Origin: Adineta vaga
Taxonomy: Eukaryota > Animalia > Rotifera
DNA: 64,000 nt
Direction of reading: 5' to 3'
Assembly (NCBI GenBank): GCA_021613535.1
Contig: CP075496.1
Location: 13,330,001 to 13,394,000 of the forward strand
Part shown: positions 1-13,640 of the stretch, in pieces
How the letters are laid out: the number at the start of each line of letters is the position of its first letter
Position numbering within the stretch: the stretch's first letter is position 1
The notes under the pieces: model-generated
The model's input: the letters and a program-made list of their open reading frames with translations, nothing else
What the model was told of the DNA's origin: nothing
The model's database searches: none
Translations under genes and position numbers: made by a program

Positions 1-243
1 CTGATATATATATATACATACACACACAAATACAGATAGAAGTTTTCTTTTCTTTTCAATAACATAGGTGTCGACTCGGATAGAAAAGAGAAAGAGAAAG
101 AAAGCAAGCCAGTACAATGAATGATAAAAAATAATAAAATAATTTAATTAGATGGGAGTGTAATCAGCACTGTAGAATAGAAGACAAAGAAAGAAGGAAA
201 AAAAAAGGAAGATAGCAATAAGAAAGTTGATATGGTATTAAAT

Positions 244-3200
244 TCAAGGTTCGTTAATTGGATTCGTTAATGAAGCATCGATGGCTAAAAGAAGAAAAAG
301 AAAGATTTTGTCATTGAATTGAATGAAAAATAAATAATCTTTGTTTTAGTTGTAAATGAACGTCACAATCTATGTTATTCTTGATTGAATGTATATTTAC
401 ATGTTCTTGTCATGAAATTCTTATGTCTTCTTATTTTTTAATAGAATAACTACTTTACATTTGTATACGAAAGAAGTTTATCGTATTGAGCTTCTTAGAT
501 ATGAACGAATAAGTCTTTCATATACTTGTAAAGCAATATCAGATACATACTACTTAATGTTCGATTAACTGTTTGTAATTGATCAACAAGTTGTTCTAAT
601 TCGCGAACATTTGAATCACTATCATCAGTGATATTATTCGGTCTAAAATATTCGAAATAGAATATATAAAAGTATTAATGGAATGTTTTTACTTTAATTT
701 TGCTAATATTCCCGATGAAAGTTGAATTAATTTAATTGCTAATCTTTGTCCATCATCACGTAATGACTCACAACGATCCTAAATAATCAAAAGTTTAGTT
801 GTTCTATCGATGGAAAACTATTATTTTCTTACTCCTTCACTAAAAGTACTTCCATGCATTCGTTGATATTGTGCTTCATCAGTAACACTTGATGTCATTC
901 CTTTTCGATATTTTGATGATTTGATTGTAGTTGGTGTTGTCATGGATTCTCCAAGTGGATTTGGACTTGCTGATGATGATCGATGATGTGATGAAGAAGA
1001 TATGGTTCTTGTTTTTGATAAATCTTGTTTTTGTATAGAAAGATGATTGTTATTATTTGAACGAGGATTTGAACGAATACTGAAAAGATCTTTTTTACTT
1101 GTACTACTTGCATTACTATGCCATGATGCACTCATTAGATCATTATGTTGTTCTGTTTTCTGTAATTGATGTCTTGTACGTTGTGCTAATTCTTCAATTT
1201 TAGCTTGTGCACGTGCACGACGTAATTCAACAGCTCGATTAGTTTGTCCAGTGGAATTATTTGTTGATGGTACTGATGGGGTTAGTTTTAATAATTGACG
1301 TGATGGTAATGTTCTTGATACAAGTGATTGCTGCTGCTGCTGCTGCTGTGGTTGTGTTTGTTGTACTGGTTTTGTTGTTGATGGAACAAGATTTGAACGT
1401 TGTCGACGTAGTGCAAATGATTTATTCATATAAACTTTAGTTAAACTTGGATGTGTTGATGAAATGTCTTCATTATCATCGAGATATTTGCTGTTTGTTG
1501 ATGAAGACATTGGTCGATTGTATTGCGTATTTGCTGGCATTGTTTGACGTATAGCAGCATTTCGTTGAAATGGTGATGAATGTGCTTGATCATTAATAGA
1601 TGAATGTGGTCGAAGAGATGTTTTAGATGATGGATATTCGGAATTTTGATGCGAAGATTTTAAGTTTGATGAAGATGATGCGGTTGCTGCTGTTGCTGTT
1701 GCTGTGGTGGTGGCTGTTTCGGATCAAGATACCGTGATTGTTGTAGTTTTGTATCCTGATTACGTGGTTGTTGTGGTTGCCGAAGACGAAATGAATATCT
1801 ATCTGTATCACTTTGATTTGAACGAGCAGAAGATGGAGTTGATGGTGGAGACTTTTTAGATGAAATTTCAAAATTAGTATCTTTTGTTGGTATAGCTGAA
1901 GTTGATAATTTTGATCTAAATCACATTTTTATACGATGAATATAGCGAATCAATATATAGTTCAAACTTACTTCCACTGTGCATCAAGTTTTCGTCGTGG
2001 ACTATTACCGATATTATTTGGAAAAGGTTTCGTATCAAATGTTGGTGAAATTACTAAAATAAAAATTATGCATAGAAAAAAAATAGTGTCGCTTGAATGC
2101 ATCATCATACCGAAACATTCAGCCGGTTTAATTTGATTCTGTGGTGGAGTTATGGGACGTTCTGATAGAAGAGTATTTGGCCGTTGTCTTACATAGGCTA
2201 AACCATTGGAAGACTGGTTATCATTGATTTTATGTGAAGCACCTTCAGGTTCTTTACGTATATTATTTTCACTTTCGGTTGGTAGGGAAAGTAAAGATGA
2301 TGAAGAAGACAAATTCGCTGATGATGATAATGATGATGGAGATGACAAATCATGTGTTGGAATATTCAAATCTACGATAGGACGATTCACCGTATGTGCT
2401 GCTGCTGATGTTGTTGTCATTGATGATGATATACCATGAATATCAAATGTACCATGACGATTTCGTTTTGTTGTTGCATATCGTTTAAATGGAGATGAAG
2501 TAGATGATGGAGAAGAATTCTGCTCTTGAATATCATTTTGTGGTTCAATATCTTGTTCAGGTTCATCATCATGTGCAATATCAAGATCATCTTCGATAAT
2601 ATAAGTACCTGCATCACTTAATGCATCAATATCATGATGATCAGAAGAAGGTGTGACAAGTGGTGATGGATGATTGAGAACATTCGTATATGATGATTGA
2701 TTAATAGATCGATGTTGAGATGAATAATTCGAATTCGTCTCATCTTTTAACATTCGATCAATAAGAAAATCATTCTGAATTTTTTTTATGGGTTGACTTT
2801 CACAAATTGGAACATCTGAGAAAATATCAACAATGAATATGAGTCGATGAAACAAAAATAAACTTTCTCATCTTCTATTTTACCTAATTCAAACGGAGAA
2901 TGAAGATCTTGTTCATCATTATTTGACATATCAAATGTATAATGTTGCTAAAGAAATTATTCGAATGAAATAAAATTCTGATTTTTTTTTCGTTAATCTT
3001 ACTGAATTTAAATTTCGATTCTGCTCAGCTTTTGTTTTAGACACCGGTGATGAAAAATCTAATGAAATATAATTTTTGATAAAAGTATGTCATCAAAAAT
3101 GTCTGATATTCTTACCTAGTGTGAATGCATATTTATCATTGAAATGACTCTAAAAGGAAACGAATCAATAGAGTTGTTTTCTTCCTTTAATTAAATGTTT

Positions 3201-3640
3201 ACATACACCATTAGAAGTATCAACGTCCTTAGTTTTCATCGTTGTTGATGCGTTTCGAACACCATTTTGACTACTCACACAAACATCGCTGATAATGGGC
3301 GACTAAACAAAACAATGTCGAATATATATATGTTGAAAGTAGTCGAGTTCGATCGGTCGTTCTCTCCTCTTATTGAGAAGAGGAAAGAAGGAAAAAAAGA
3401 ACAGTTAAACTATGCATAGAATTCGTATATTTTCTTTCTCTCTTTGGTTTGATCGTTTATTTAATGGATCAGATGTCTTACTGTGTGAGATTGTGGTGAT
3501 GATGAATCATTTCGAGTGGTACCGACATATGATGATGGTGTATCGAAATCAGATGGAGTTGGGAGAAAATGTTGATGTGCTGGTAGTCGTTTATTATTAT
3601 TGCTGCTGTTACTTGGAGAAACTGAAGTCGGTGTATTCAT
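244..3640 (-). CDS. CEP170-like centrosomal protein, multi-exon; start uncertain
   Basis: ORFs 1968-2855 and 821-1540 plus small exons joined by GT-AG introns. Contains DALSDAGTYIIE (CEP170-type SDAGTYxIE motif), long Ser/Gln-rich regions and a C-terminal coiled segment (VRELEQLVDQLQTVNRTL, then IDASLTNPINEP*, stop at 244-246). No FHA domain seen. Confidence 0.55.
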
Positions 3641-4438
3641 ATGGTAGTGATCAGTGTTCTGAGACATTGAAAAAAATCAATGTTTTAGAATCATCTAGAA
3701 AAAGAAAAATCTATATATAGATCGATTGTGATCATTATCGTTTCTTTCATACGGACGATCGCGTCTAATAGATCCGTGTCTATATTGGTACTTGTGTCCG
3801 ACATCATTACACTACGTACATGACTAAGCAAAGGTATATAACCTATATACAGCAGAACATCGATCTCAACAAAGTCATAAATCGGTCATTTCTCTCTCTG
3901 TCTCTCTCTTTGTTTCTTCGAACACAATAACTCTCAATGAAAAGGTTAATTCTCACTCAAAAATAATATCGATAAAACAGAACATTACAAGTAAGCAACA
4001 TAATCGAGAGGGGAAAAAAACCTAACGACTCATTAATTCTCAATTAAAATAATTTAAACAAATCAAATAAAGAAACAGATTCGATTTGTTTTATTTCCAA
4101 AAGATCTTTGAGACGAAGAAAGAACAGAACACAACACTTTGGTATAATAACAGAAAAGAAATGAATGAACTTAGAGTTTATCTTCACAAACATACATACA
4201 TACATATATTTTTTAGGATTGATAACAATAAAGAGAAAAAGCGAAAGGAAAAAAGACACACACATAAGTCAATCATAACAATAACAAAAATTTCTTGATT
4301 TATTCTGTTGTTTGACAGATTTCTTATAAGAGAAAAGAAAACTTCTAACATTCATTTTAACTGAACCATTCTGGTTCGAAAAAAAAGAGAAATTTGATAT
4401 GATCTTATATACACAAAAAGAAAACGATCGAAATTGAT

Positions 4439-7400
4439 TTAATCAAGCACAACAATATCATCATCAACATACGAAACAAAATTGGTATTGAGTTTTTTCC
4501 ATGGTGAACGTGCAACACGGCGAATTTCTTTTGGAGGAATTTCTTTTCTTAATCGTCTAAAATACGAACATAAAATATGCATTGAAAAAAAAACAAAATC
4601 TTACTTGATTTGCTTTGTTACACGAAGATAGATACCATCAGGAGCTGGATGGAGAAATAGAATGTATGGAATTGAATTCAACAAGGATAAAAACGTGTTT
4701 ACTTACGATCAATGAATGGCACAGTATAAGCACGTGATCGAGGTAATTTTGCTGCACCCTAAAGAGAAGAAGTTAATATGGAATTATTATCTGTGTACTT
4801 CTTTTAATGAGAACGTGTGGCTTTGATTAGATCCATCTTCATTCACCTTTGGATAAGTGTTGTTATTTCTGATGAGTCTAATAAGTAATGACTGAGTCTT
4901 TTCCAGAAGAAGAAAACACTAATTTGTCCTTGATAATGTTTTTTTATGTTTCAGTATATCCAATCGATTGTCGTACAAGAAAGAAAGAAATGTTAATCGC
5001 CTAATTGTTCGCGTTTTTGTTTATATTTCCTTGTTCTTCTTCGTTTTTTTTATTTCTTATGATTAGATTTTTGTCTTTTCAAGGTTATATGAATATGACA
5101 GGAAATCCGTTCTATTTTATCGTAATGAACTGAATCTTACCGGAGATTTTGTTTTAATTAGATTTTGTCGACTAATTAATGTTCGCTTTGGTGATGGTCC
5201 TAAAGAAACAGGTAACAAAACATACATTCAACTTTTTTTTCTTTCTCATAAACTTAATCTTAATTACCATCATTGGAATTTTCATTCGATTCATAAGGTC
5301 GTTTTTTCATAATACTCGTATGATTATGAGTAAATTGTGTGTAAAATTCACTTGTATCATCTAGTAATTTTGGATAACGTGTTGATAAATTACTTTCATT
5401 TTCCTGGATTTGTCTTTGTTCATATTCTGATAAATACTCATCAAATGTTTTACTTTCATTATTTTCAGTTTTACATGGAAATAAATCAATTAAATGCATA
5501 GTTTTATGAACTTCATTGCCTTTCTCATATAATTTACGAAGTTGTAAACATGTTGAACGGATATCTTCAACAGATTTATCAGTCATTTTTTTTTCCCATT
5601 GATTACGTATATCATCTATATTGATACTATCAGATAAATGACGAGCAAGACGTCGTATCGGACATAATGGACGAACAGCACGTGTCAGTGGTGTCGTAAA
5701 TAATGCAAATGTATTACGAGGTTTTGATAATGGACGTGGACTACCCGATCGAAGCATGATACCATGACCAAGAGCATAATGACGTTGAAGAGCAGCTTTA
5801 TTTTTGCAATCCTAAAAGAATACCAATGGATATCTACTCTCATTCCGACTTTTTTTAACGCATACCTTTTCACAACCAGTAACCGTGCATTTATAACTAA
5901 TTAATTTGTTAATATTTGCAGCTCGTTCTGAAATATCTAGATACGAAATTGAATAATCGATATTCAAAGGTGACAAACCTTGTCGTCGATCAGGACCTAA
6001 ATAGTATTCAAAATCGAAATCATAAGAATTAGTTTGCAAAATCGAATTTACCACTCTTTTTCAGATATTTCAAACCACCAGCTTTCTTATAATAAGCCCA
6101 ACATTCTGCACATAATCGCGTGTGTGGTTGTGCAGTACTATATTGATACCATTGAGCTGATGTTGTACCTGAAAACAGACAATTATTCGTTATTTTATTA
6201 AATGTATCAATTTAAATCAACATACTTCCACATGATTCACATGGTTTATTTTCATTTTGTGGCCGTTGCGATAATAAACATTGATGAGCTTTAGTACTAT
6301 AAGAAAAGATAGAAATAGTTTGTATTAATATCATCAAGAACTAAAGTATACGAACTAATTTGGTATAAAAACTTGTTTGAGTTTATTTTCTTGTTCAGCT
6401 GCTTTTAAACGTCGTTGAGCAACATACCGATCGGTTGTTTTCCACATATAATAGTATTCAATAATACCTTTTAAACTCTTCCATGGTAACTAAAATTTAA
6501 CAAAAAAAAAGAAAATTTCATGATGACAAATGATTACAATAAAACATTTCTTTTACATATTCTTTTTGTATTTCACCAAAATCTTTTCCACATTTTTCAA
6601 TCGCATCTTCAAATGAATTTGCTTCAGCTGCTGACCAATCTTCCATTTGATCTTTTACAAGAATCGGTCCAGTATTTGGTACTAAACTACATGTTGCTAT
6701 TGCTAAATCATAATGATGTTTATGTAAGATATCCATTGCAAAAAACTATAAAAAAATTGATTAAATTTTCTCAACAGAATGTAATTCGAAGAAATTGTTC
6801 ATACTAAAGTAGCGTCACGTGAAGCTGATGCAGCACTCATATGAAGACTTGGATGTTTCAATGCTGTTGGACAATCAAGTGCACGTGCAAATGTACCGAT
6901 CGATCTATTTTTAAGATCAAATTGTTGAAATATATTTAAAAAACAAATATAAAATCAATACCGAGCAACGATTAAGAATTGTTCAACTTGTTTTTCTGTT
7001 AAACCACCATCACAATTCCATATGATTTCTTCTCTTACTTCAGGATTTTCTATATCAAAACAAAACGGAAAACTTAATCGAACAATGAAAGAAAAACTCT
7101 ATGTAAATACCTTCCACCATTCCATCGGTATATAAAAGTTGTGTTGGTACATCTGCTTGATATTTTCCTCCAACGCGAATTTCTCCCCGATCAGCATTTA
7201 ATGATTTTTGATTAGGATCATAAACGAGTTGATAAAAATAGAGATCCTACAAAGTAAAAGAATGTGTTAGAAATGCACAAGGATTTTTAAACATACAAAC
7301 CTCAGCATTAAGATAAGATAAAAATGATTCCGTTTCATTATGAAGTGTAACTAAACATTTTCCACGTATATTTGTTGCTAATAATGTTTCAATTTGTCGC

Positions 7401-8340
7401 GTTAAGAACAATTCTCGATGACGTAATTGATGTTTTTGTGTATCCGTAAAATCGCTTGGTTGAGGTGAGGGATTACTTGTACATCCATTTGTATCTGTTG
7501 AAATATCATCATCATCATCCCATGGCGCTAGAAAAAAAAAGAGCACAACGGTTTTCATACGATATTCTTTTTTTTATACTGTTACCATCGAGTTTAAGTC
7601 GATCAACTTGATTGACAAGATAGGATGAGATATCTCGACGACGATAAAAACAAGCAACACGAGCTTCAACATTTCCATTTTGTGTCTTTACAGAAAAACA
7701 AAAAATATAAATTATTCATGTAAAAAAAAGAACAGGACAGTTCATATTCAATGAATAAAGTAACAATAAACAGAACAAAATTCATAAATAAAAGATTAAT
7801 TTCGTGACTCAATATGATTAGTCTTTTTGGTCACGACTACTTCAGTAAATATGTGACTGATGTCAATTTTGTAATTTCTAGCGTGTTTTCTTTATCAATG
7901 TGCTCTACTTTAAGCCATTGTTCATTACAAATTTCTTGTTGACTCAATAGTTTCTCCTGATCAAAATGACATTGACAATGAATATATTAAGAAACGAACG
8001 AAGTCGGAAAAAAATCACCAAGGGACATTTTCTTTCTATTCTCTCAAGTCTTAATGTTGTTTCATTCAAAACGAAGATCACGATGCGCCAATAAAATATG
8101 TTTACATAATTGAGTTACTCAATTGATCGTATCCACTTATAGAAAAAAAGAAATATTCTTAGAAGAAAAACAAACCTTATTCAATTCTTCAATTCGTCGA
8201 ATTAGATAAGGTTCTGTAGGATTGCCTTCAAAATAGACATAATCTAAATGAAATTAACGGAAAGAAACACTTAGAATTTTAGAAAGATGATCAATGAGAT
8301 TTTTCTACATACCGCCAACACGGTACATACACGAGGCCAT
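4439..8340 (-). CDS. MTA: Metastasis-associated protein (NuRD subunit MTA1/2/3 family)
   Basis: Exons give [15 protein letters not shown]...[11 protein letters not shown] (BAH), [14 protein letters not shown] (ELM2), [23 protein letters not shown]...[11 protein letters not shown] (SANT), [17 protein letters not shown] (GATA finger), an R1-like segment, and a final exon [19 protein letters not shown]...DDDIVVLD* matching the MTA C-terminus. Confidence 0.93.
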
Positions 8341-8930
8341 TACTTTAATGGTTCAATTGACTAAAAGAATTTATACATAATTATTGATCTAAAATAAAAA
8401 AATGAAGATTCAATGTTTATCAACATACAATCTTTCTGTTCTGGAAAGGAGGAAAAAAATCAACAAGTTGAACTGAATGTTAGAAGAAAACATGCAGTAA
8501 AACAGTTGAATAAGAAAAACAATAACAACATGTTTTTCTTTTGGTTTATTCGATGGTATATTAACAAAAGAAAACAAGAGATATGTACAGATAAACCTGT
8601 CGAGAACAGCATATAAAAATGAAAAATTAGATTTCTTCATTGATTCTTTTTGTTTTGAAACATCATTCAAAGAAGAAATTTTTGATAAAAGAATAAAAGA
8701 TTTTTTTTTGACTAAATTCAATATTGATTCTCTAGATGACTAAACGATTTAGTCGTATATATCGACTAGATTGGCTGGTTGATTTATTCCCTTTTCTGAA
8801 AGAAAGGGTTATAGCCTTGTTAAAGAGGGTGTTAAAATCGTTAAAGTTTGTTTGTCCAAGCCAATCAGGTGAAAGCAGCTTATAGATCGGTGAAAACTTA
8901 CCCCAAGTTATCAGACGATGATTGATTATA

Positions 8931-9197
8931 GGTAGTCGAGGTCGAGAATCTCGCATCTGATATTATTTTTTCTAAATTCTAATTAATTAACTACCTAACT
9001 AGCTAATTAACGAATCATCAACTATGAAACTGTCGAGTAAAGGTTGACCGAAGGTTAATTGAGGTTGAGGATCTCGAATCTGATGTTAGTTTTTCGAAAT
9101 TCTAATTAATTAATTAGCTAATTAGCGAATCATCAACTATGAAACTGTCGAGTAAGGGTTGACCGAAGGGTAATCGAGGTGTCGAGGATCTCGAACC
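8931..9197. repeat. Imperfect tandem duplication, about 115-123 bp unit, about 2.2 copies
   Basis: cgaatcatcaactatgaaactgtcgagtaa occurs at 9011 and 9126; tctaattaatt at 8978 and 9101; a gag(g/a)atctcg-like motif occurs three times. Confidence 0.85.
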
Positions 9198-9299
9198 TTT
9201 ATAGTAATACAAAGTCAGTGCCTTTTGAAGAGAAGACTCCAAAGGAAATTCACTTATTCGTTTTGGAAATGAATCAAAAGTAGATGAAACAATGAAGGC

Positions 9300-9684
9300 G
9301 TTCATGTTAACGGCTAGTCGTAAGTGGCCGACCGATTAGACGTTTGTTTAAGAGCCTTATAGAAAGGAAAATAAATACGCGTAGTGCATCTTTGAGAAGT
9401 ATGAAGCGGTCAGATCCATAAACATTTACAAACAGTACCTTTCTTTGCTTTTCGCTTTTGATAAATGATTCAATGATACTCTAAAATGGTGAAAAGATGA
9501 AGAGCACTTTCGAAAAGCTCTTATAAAAACATTTTGCTTGAATCGGGATCCGGTCAAGTCCAGGCCCAGCTTGAGGACTTTACTGAGCGCTCTTATCATT
9601 CTTTCAGAAAAGGGTCAGCGAATTCATAGGATGAGCGTTACTTTATATATTAGTGACGGTTTTCAATGTCGTATCATCGAGTAA
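9300..9684 (+). pseudogene. Possible decayed protein-kinase C-lobe fragment
   Basis: The frame from 9481 reads LKW*KDEEHFRKALIKTFCLNRDPVKSRPSLRTLL, resembling kinase subdomain XI (CLxxDPxxRPSxxxLL). There are several in-frame stops upstream. Confidence 0.3.
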
Positions 9685-10439
9685 TTTCGACTCATATTTG
9701 GATGGATCGATTTGTTGACAAGTAGATCGATGATTACATTGACGATAATGTTGTTGTAAACAACGTGGATGACTAAAACAAAAAACAATGTTCCTTACTT
9801 ATACCGATGTACAATGTAAGAAAAACAATATGTGAATTCATTCTATTATCATTCGTCTGAATGCTTCTTATAGAAGTTCTATTATCCGGAGGCTTCGTCG
9901 TTCTTTTGCAGGTATATACATTTGACTACACAGATTTTGCATTACACTGTCTATGAATATTAAAATAAACATACCCTTTGGGTATTTTCTATAGTCAATG
10001 TCTTAGCTATCAAAGCTTTTCTGATAGTAATAGAATAGTTTTTATCGTTTCCGATTTCTTATCAGTCCACCATATGTTACTAACATAATATCTATCAATA
10101 TGTGTTTTTCTTAAAGTATATCTTGAATCGTAATAGCTCAATACATTATTCATAAATAAACCGACACTCTTTCGGTTTTTTTGTCAAATAGATGATGCAT
10201 ATGAGTTTAATCAATTCAGTTAAGAATGATTCTATACCAATGACACAAAGAATTTCTTTTGAACTAACAAAAAATACTTACTAGCATTTTCCACAACTCA
10301 TACACATTCTTCTTTTCTTGTTATTATGGGTTAATATTGTTTTATGGTGGTTTGTATTTTATTCATTTCTTGATCTATAGAAATATGCCATTAATACGAA
10401 TATTTTATATTCAAGTAAAACGTAAGAAACTAACCATAA

Positions 10440-10966
10440 GTACTACGAATAAATTTCATTTGTTCAAGATCATTTCGTAATTCTTGAATCTGAGATGATT
10501 TCTCAAATTGAAATTCTTGTAAATAATTACTTAATTGAATATAATTTGCTTTAATTGATGAAAGTTTTTCTTGATAAATAAATTCTATTGTTCGAACTAA
10601 ATTTTTACGCCATTGATCAAGTGAATGAATTGTTCAACGAAGTGATTCATCTAATTTTAGACTTTTTATTTGATGTTCTATTCAAAATAGAATAAAAGTA
10701 AATTATAATCATCAAAGAGTTCAGTTCTATTTTACCAAGTTGATCGATCGCTATTGTGAAGTTATAAATCAGCATTGAGTGATAGATGCTCATTATGTTT
10801 AAGAAAATGAACAAAACAATATTGTTGAGAACAATGAAGACATAATGCATATTTTGCTGTTGAACATGTTTGATCGTCACATGCAGTTGAGGAAATGGAT
10901 GAAACATCTGATAGTGAAGCAGTTGATTCAGTTGCAGTCGGAGATGTATTTACTATTCACAGACAT
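10440..10966 (-). pseudogene. B-box-like zinc finger plus coiled-coil gene, disrupted
   Basis: Reads CDDQTCSTAKYALCLHCSQQYCFVHFLKHNEHL then a stop at 10762-10764. There is a frameshift just after ATG 10966, and a downstream coiled-coil exon (LDQWRKNLVRTIEFIYQEKL) with a further stop. Confidence 0.5.
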
Positions 10967-12073
10967 TTTAGTTTTATTTTTAGAGAAGAGAGTTTTTTCT
11001 GAAAAACAAAAATATAATGATTGATGAATATGCACGTTCTGACCGCTAACAGAACGAAAAAATAAACAAAAACAGAAGATCGTAGATGTAGAAGAATAAC
11101 CGATCAATCCTGAAACAACACAAATGAGAGACATTAAATGAATCGTTTGGTCTCTAAAAAGAGATATTTTCCGAGAATATCAAATGTATAAACAACGAAT
11201 ATTGAAAATTTATGAAATTGATTCATCAGTACATCGTAATACGATAATATATTTGAATAACAAAATTTATCATAGACTAACGCCATCTCACGAAAAATTG
11301 TTCAATCCATATAACCTCCTATTTCGTATCATTTGTACACATCGCTTATCTATTTCTTATCTAGGCTGTTCAAACCATAAATATAAAAACAAAGCTTAAT
11401 GTTCTGTTCGTATGATGAAATCATACTGTAGGATTACTAACTGACTACGTTTATAAATTAAAACAACTAGAGCTTGGTAAGATTTTCTCCGATAATGTTG
11501 ATGATTCGTTTACTACGGTATACCATGAAATCGGCAACACATCCCGGTATATATATGTTACGAGATATAACTCGTAGAACCCAAAATATGCTTTCAAAGT
11601 CGGTTTTTATGAATCTGAATGGTTATTTTGCACTCAGAATTAAATGACTGATACAATAATGTTAAAAAATGGTGAAAGCCGCGCACCAAACTATTTTACA
11701 GTTCCATGATTATCAAGCTGTAATGAGGTTACTCGAGAAAAGAACCGCAAACATACGTTTTGATCTAGATGATGTCAATTGGCCCAAACGATTTAATTTA
11801 CTAAGAGATGGATGTGAGAACACACAAAAGGATTCAGATAACCATTAAAACTTCGTTCTCTCATATGGGACGCAACGGGTAGTATATTTTGTTAAATGCA
11901 TATCATCAGTTTCGACGTTATATATATACTCAGAAATATTAATACGGCTACAAAACTTTTGAATTTCAATTCGTTATTCTGCATCGCATTTACAACAATT
12001 CAACCTTCTAAAGTTATTAAAAAACGATATCTCTTCTTATATAAACTACAAAGCGAACAAATATTTCGTTGTA

Positions 12074-12208
12074 TCCCCAGGTGCACCAATCCCATACTCG
12101 GATCCGATCAGAAAGCATAGGATTTTATCGGATCTCTGGTGACGGAATCGCTTCGGATTCTCTCGGTTGCGGATCCTATCGAATTCATAAGATTTATCGA
12201 TCTGGGTA
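12074..12208. mobile_element. Degenerate MITE-like element
   Basis: GC-richer island with imperfect terminal inverted repeats (cccaggt...aatcccat on the left; reverse complement of the right end is tacccagatcgataaatcttat) and many internal ggatcc/ggattc/cgga palindromic motifs. Confidence 0.55.
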
Positions 12209-13086
12209 ACGAGACTTATGGTTCAACGTTTAGGTTTCTTTAATATGGGTGGTACCAACCACAATAAACTTGTTTTTTCTTCCGATGAAAATCCTATTCA
12301 CCTAACCTGTTTTTTAACATTTATTAAATAACTTTCTGTCGAAAGAAAATATTATTTTTCATTTTTGTTTCCTATAAAATAGAATTTAGAAGTCAATGAG
12401 TTTTTATTTCATCTATTAATTTAAAATGTAATAGTTCTTTAGTTGGTATTTACAAATTGAACTTATATTTTAATTGATTTATTTCTATTGTTATACAGGT
12501 TGAATTTTCGATATAAACTACAATTTTGATAATCGTATCTTTCATTTCGGCAAGGATTTTCTCTTGATAAACAGAGACGACTTACTGAAATTGAATGATT
12601 TCATAAGGTTATTTTTCTAATAATACTTTTAAATAAGGTCGAAAAAAACATTAAAATGACCTGTAACAAATAATTCGTTGAAAAATTATCATTCGAAATA
12701 TTTCTTTGTGCATAAAGATATCGCTAATAGAAAATAAAAGAAGAAATTTAAATTAAAACTTCGGTAAAAATCATTTTAAAAGAAAAAACAGAAACTGAAT
12801 TGTGATCTTGAGAATATAATAAGAAAAAATGAATTGTTCTTTGTACCACACGCTCAATTCTACTATATAATTTACGTCTATTCTTATTCTTATTTGCATC
12901 TTCACAACATAACATTCGTAGAAATCAGTTCCAGTAAATTCGTTCCGATTTTAATGCGAAGTCTCAAAAAATTTCAAATCACGTTTTTCTTATTGATTTG
13001 ATTAAGGATATGTATAGCTAAAAATATTCATCAAATAAATTTCAATATCTTGAAGATTGATAAGATATTCGTCAAATAGACGTTTT

Positions 13087-13380
13087 TCATCGTTTAAATT
13101 GTTTCAAAAGATGTTGAGAAAATGAATTGCTATCTGGCGCACTTCGTACTTCATCATCAAGTAATGGTAATTTTATAACATTAAAATCTTAATAAAGATC
13201 ATCAATCTAAATAAAAAAACACGAACTAAATAAGATATACGATCCATAAAAACAAATTACTTATTCAATATATTTATTTTGAAGACGCATTCTTGATCCA
13301 CATCGTCGACAAGCATTAACATATTCGCCAGGTGTTGGAAATAAAACTTGATTAGCAATAATTGAATGTGTATCTGAACC
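13087..13380 (-). pseudogene. ASNA1: GET3/ASNA1 (TRC40) C-terminal pseudogene fragment with retained intron
   Basis: SDTHSIIANQVLFPTPGEYVNACRRCGSRMRLQNKYIE* | intron 13207-13260 | IDDLY*DFNVIKLPLLDDEVRSAPDSNSFSQHLLKQFKR*. Matches the GET3 C-terminus (DTHxIIxNQ, CxxC, KLPLLxxEVR) with two premature TAA codons. Confidence 0.85.
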
Positions 13381-13640
13381 CTATTAATGATACATAGAGA
13401 CATCTATTGTCACTATAATATTGACTTTTTTATGTATATTTTGTTATAGTCCAACAAGTACCAAGATTAGAAATTGATTCGATTGATAGACTCTCTCCAC
13501 GCGTCAGTTCTCCTAGCCTTTTGTAAGGACGGTCAGTTCAAAGTTTCGTCCAAGAGTAATCTACTCAAAAATTTCCTTCTCTTTCTTCATGTTACCATAG
13601 TGAGTGATCACTTTTTCTCGCATATTGAACAACAACAACC

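Noticed and set aside
940-2617. Overlapping alternative-frame and antisense ORFs within real exons (also inside RERE and other genes)
   Set aside because: Shadows of codon bias in Ser/Asp/Gln-rich exons (TCA/GAT/CAT repeats).
5260-5270. ORF-track stop suggesting MTA ends at 5260
   Set aside because: A donor (G|gtaatt) precedes the stop, and four further exons splice in frame to the conserved DDDIVVLD* end at 4439.
8931-9197. CRISPR-like repeat array
   Set aside because: Only about 2 long units with similar rather than unique spacers, in a eukaryotic context with no cas genes.
11452-11643. Metallopeptidase (ACE-like) assignment from TTVYHEIG
   Set aside because: The second His of HExxH is absent and flanking similarity is too weak to name a family.
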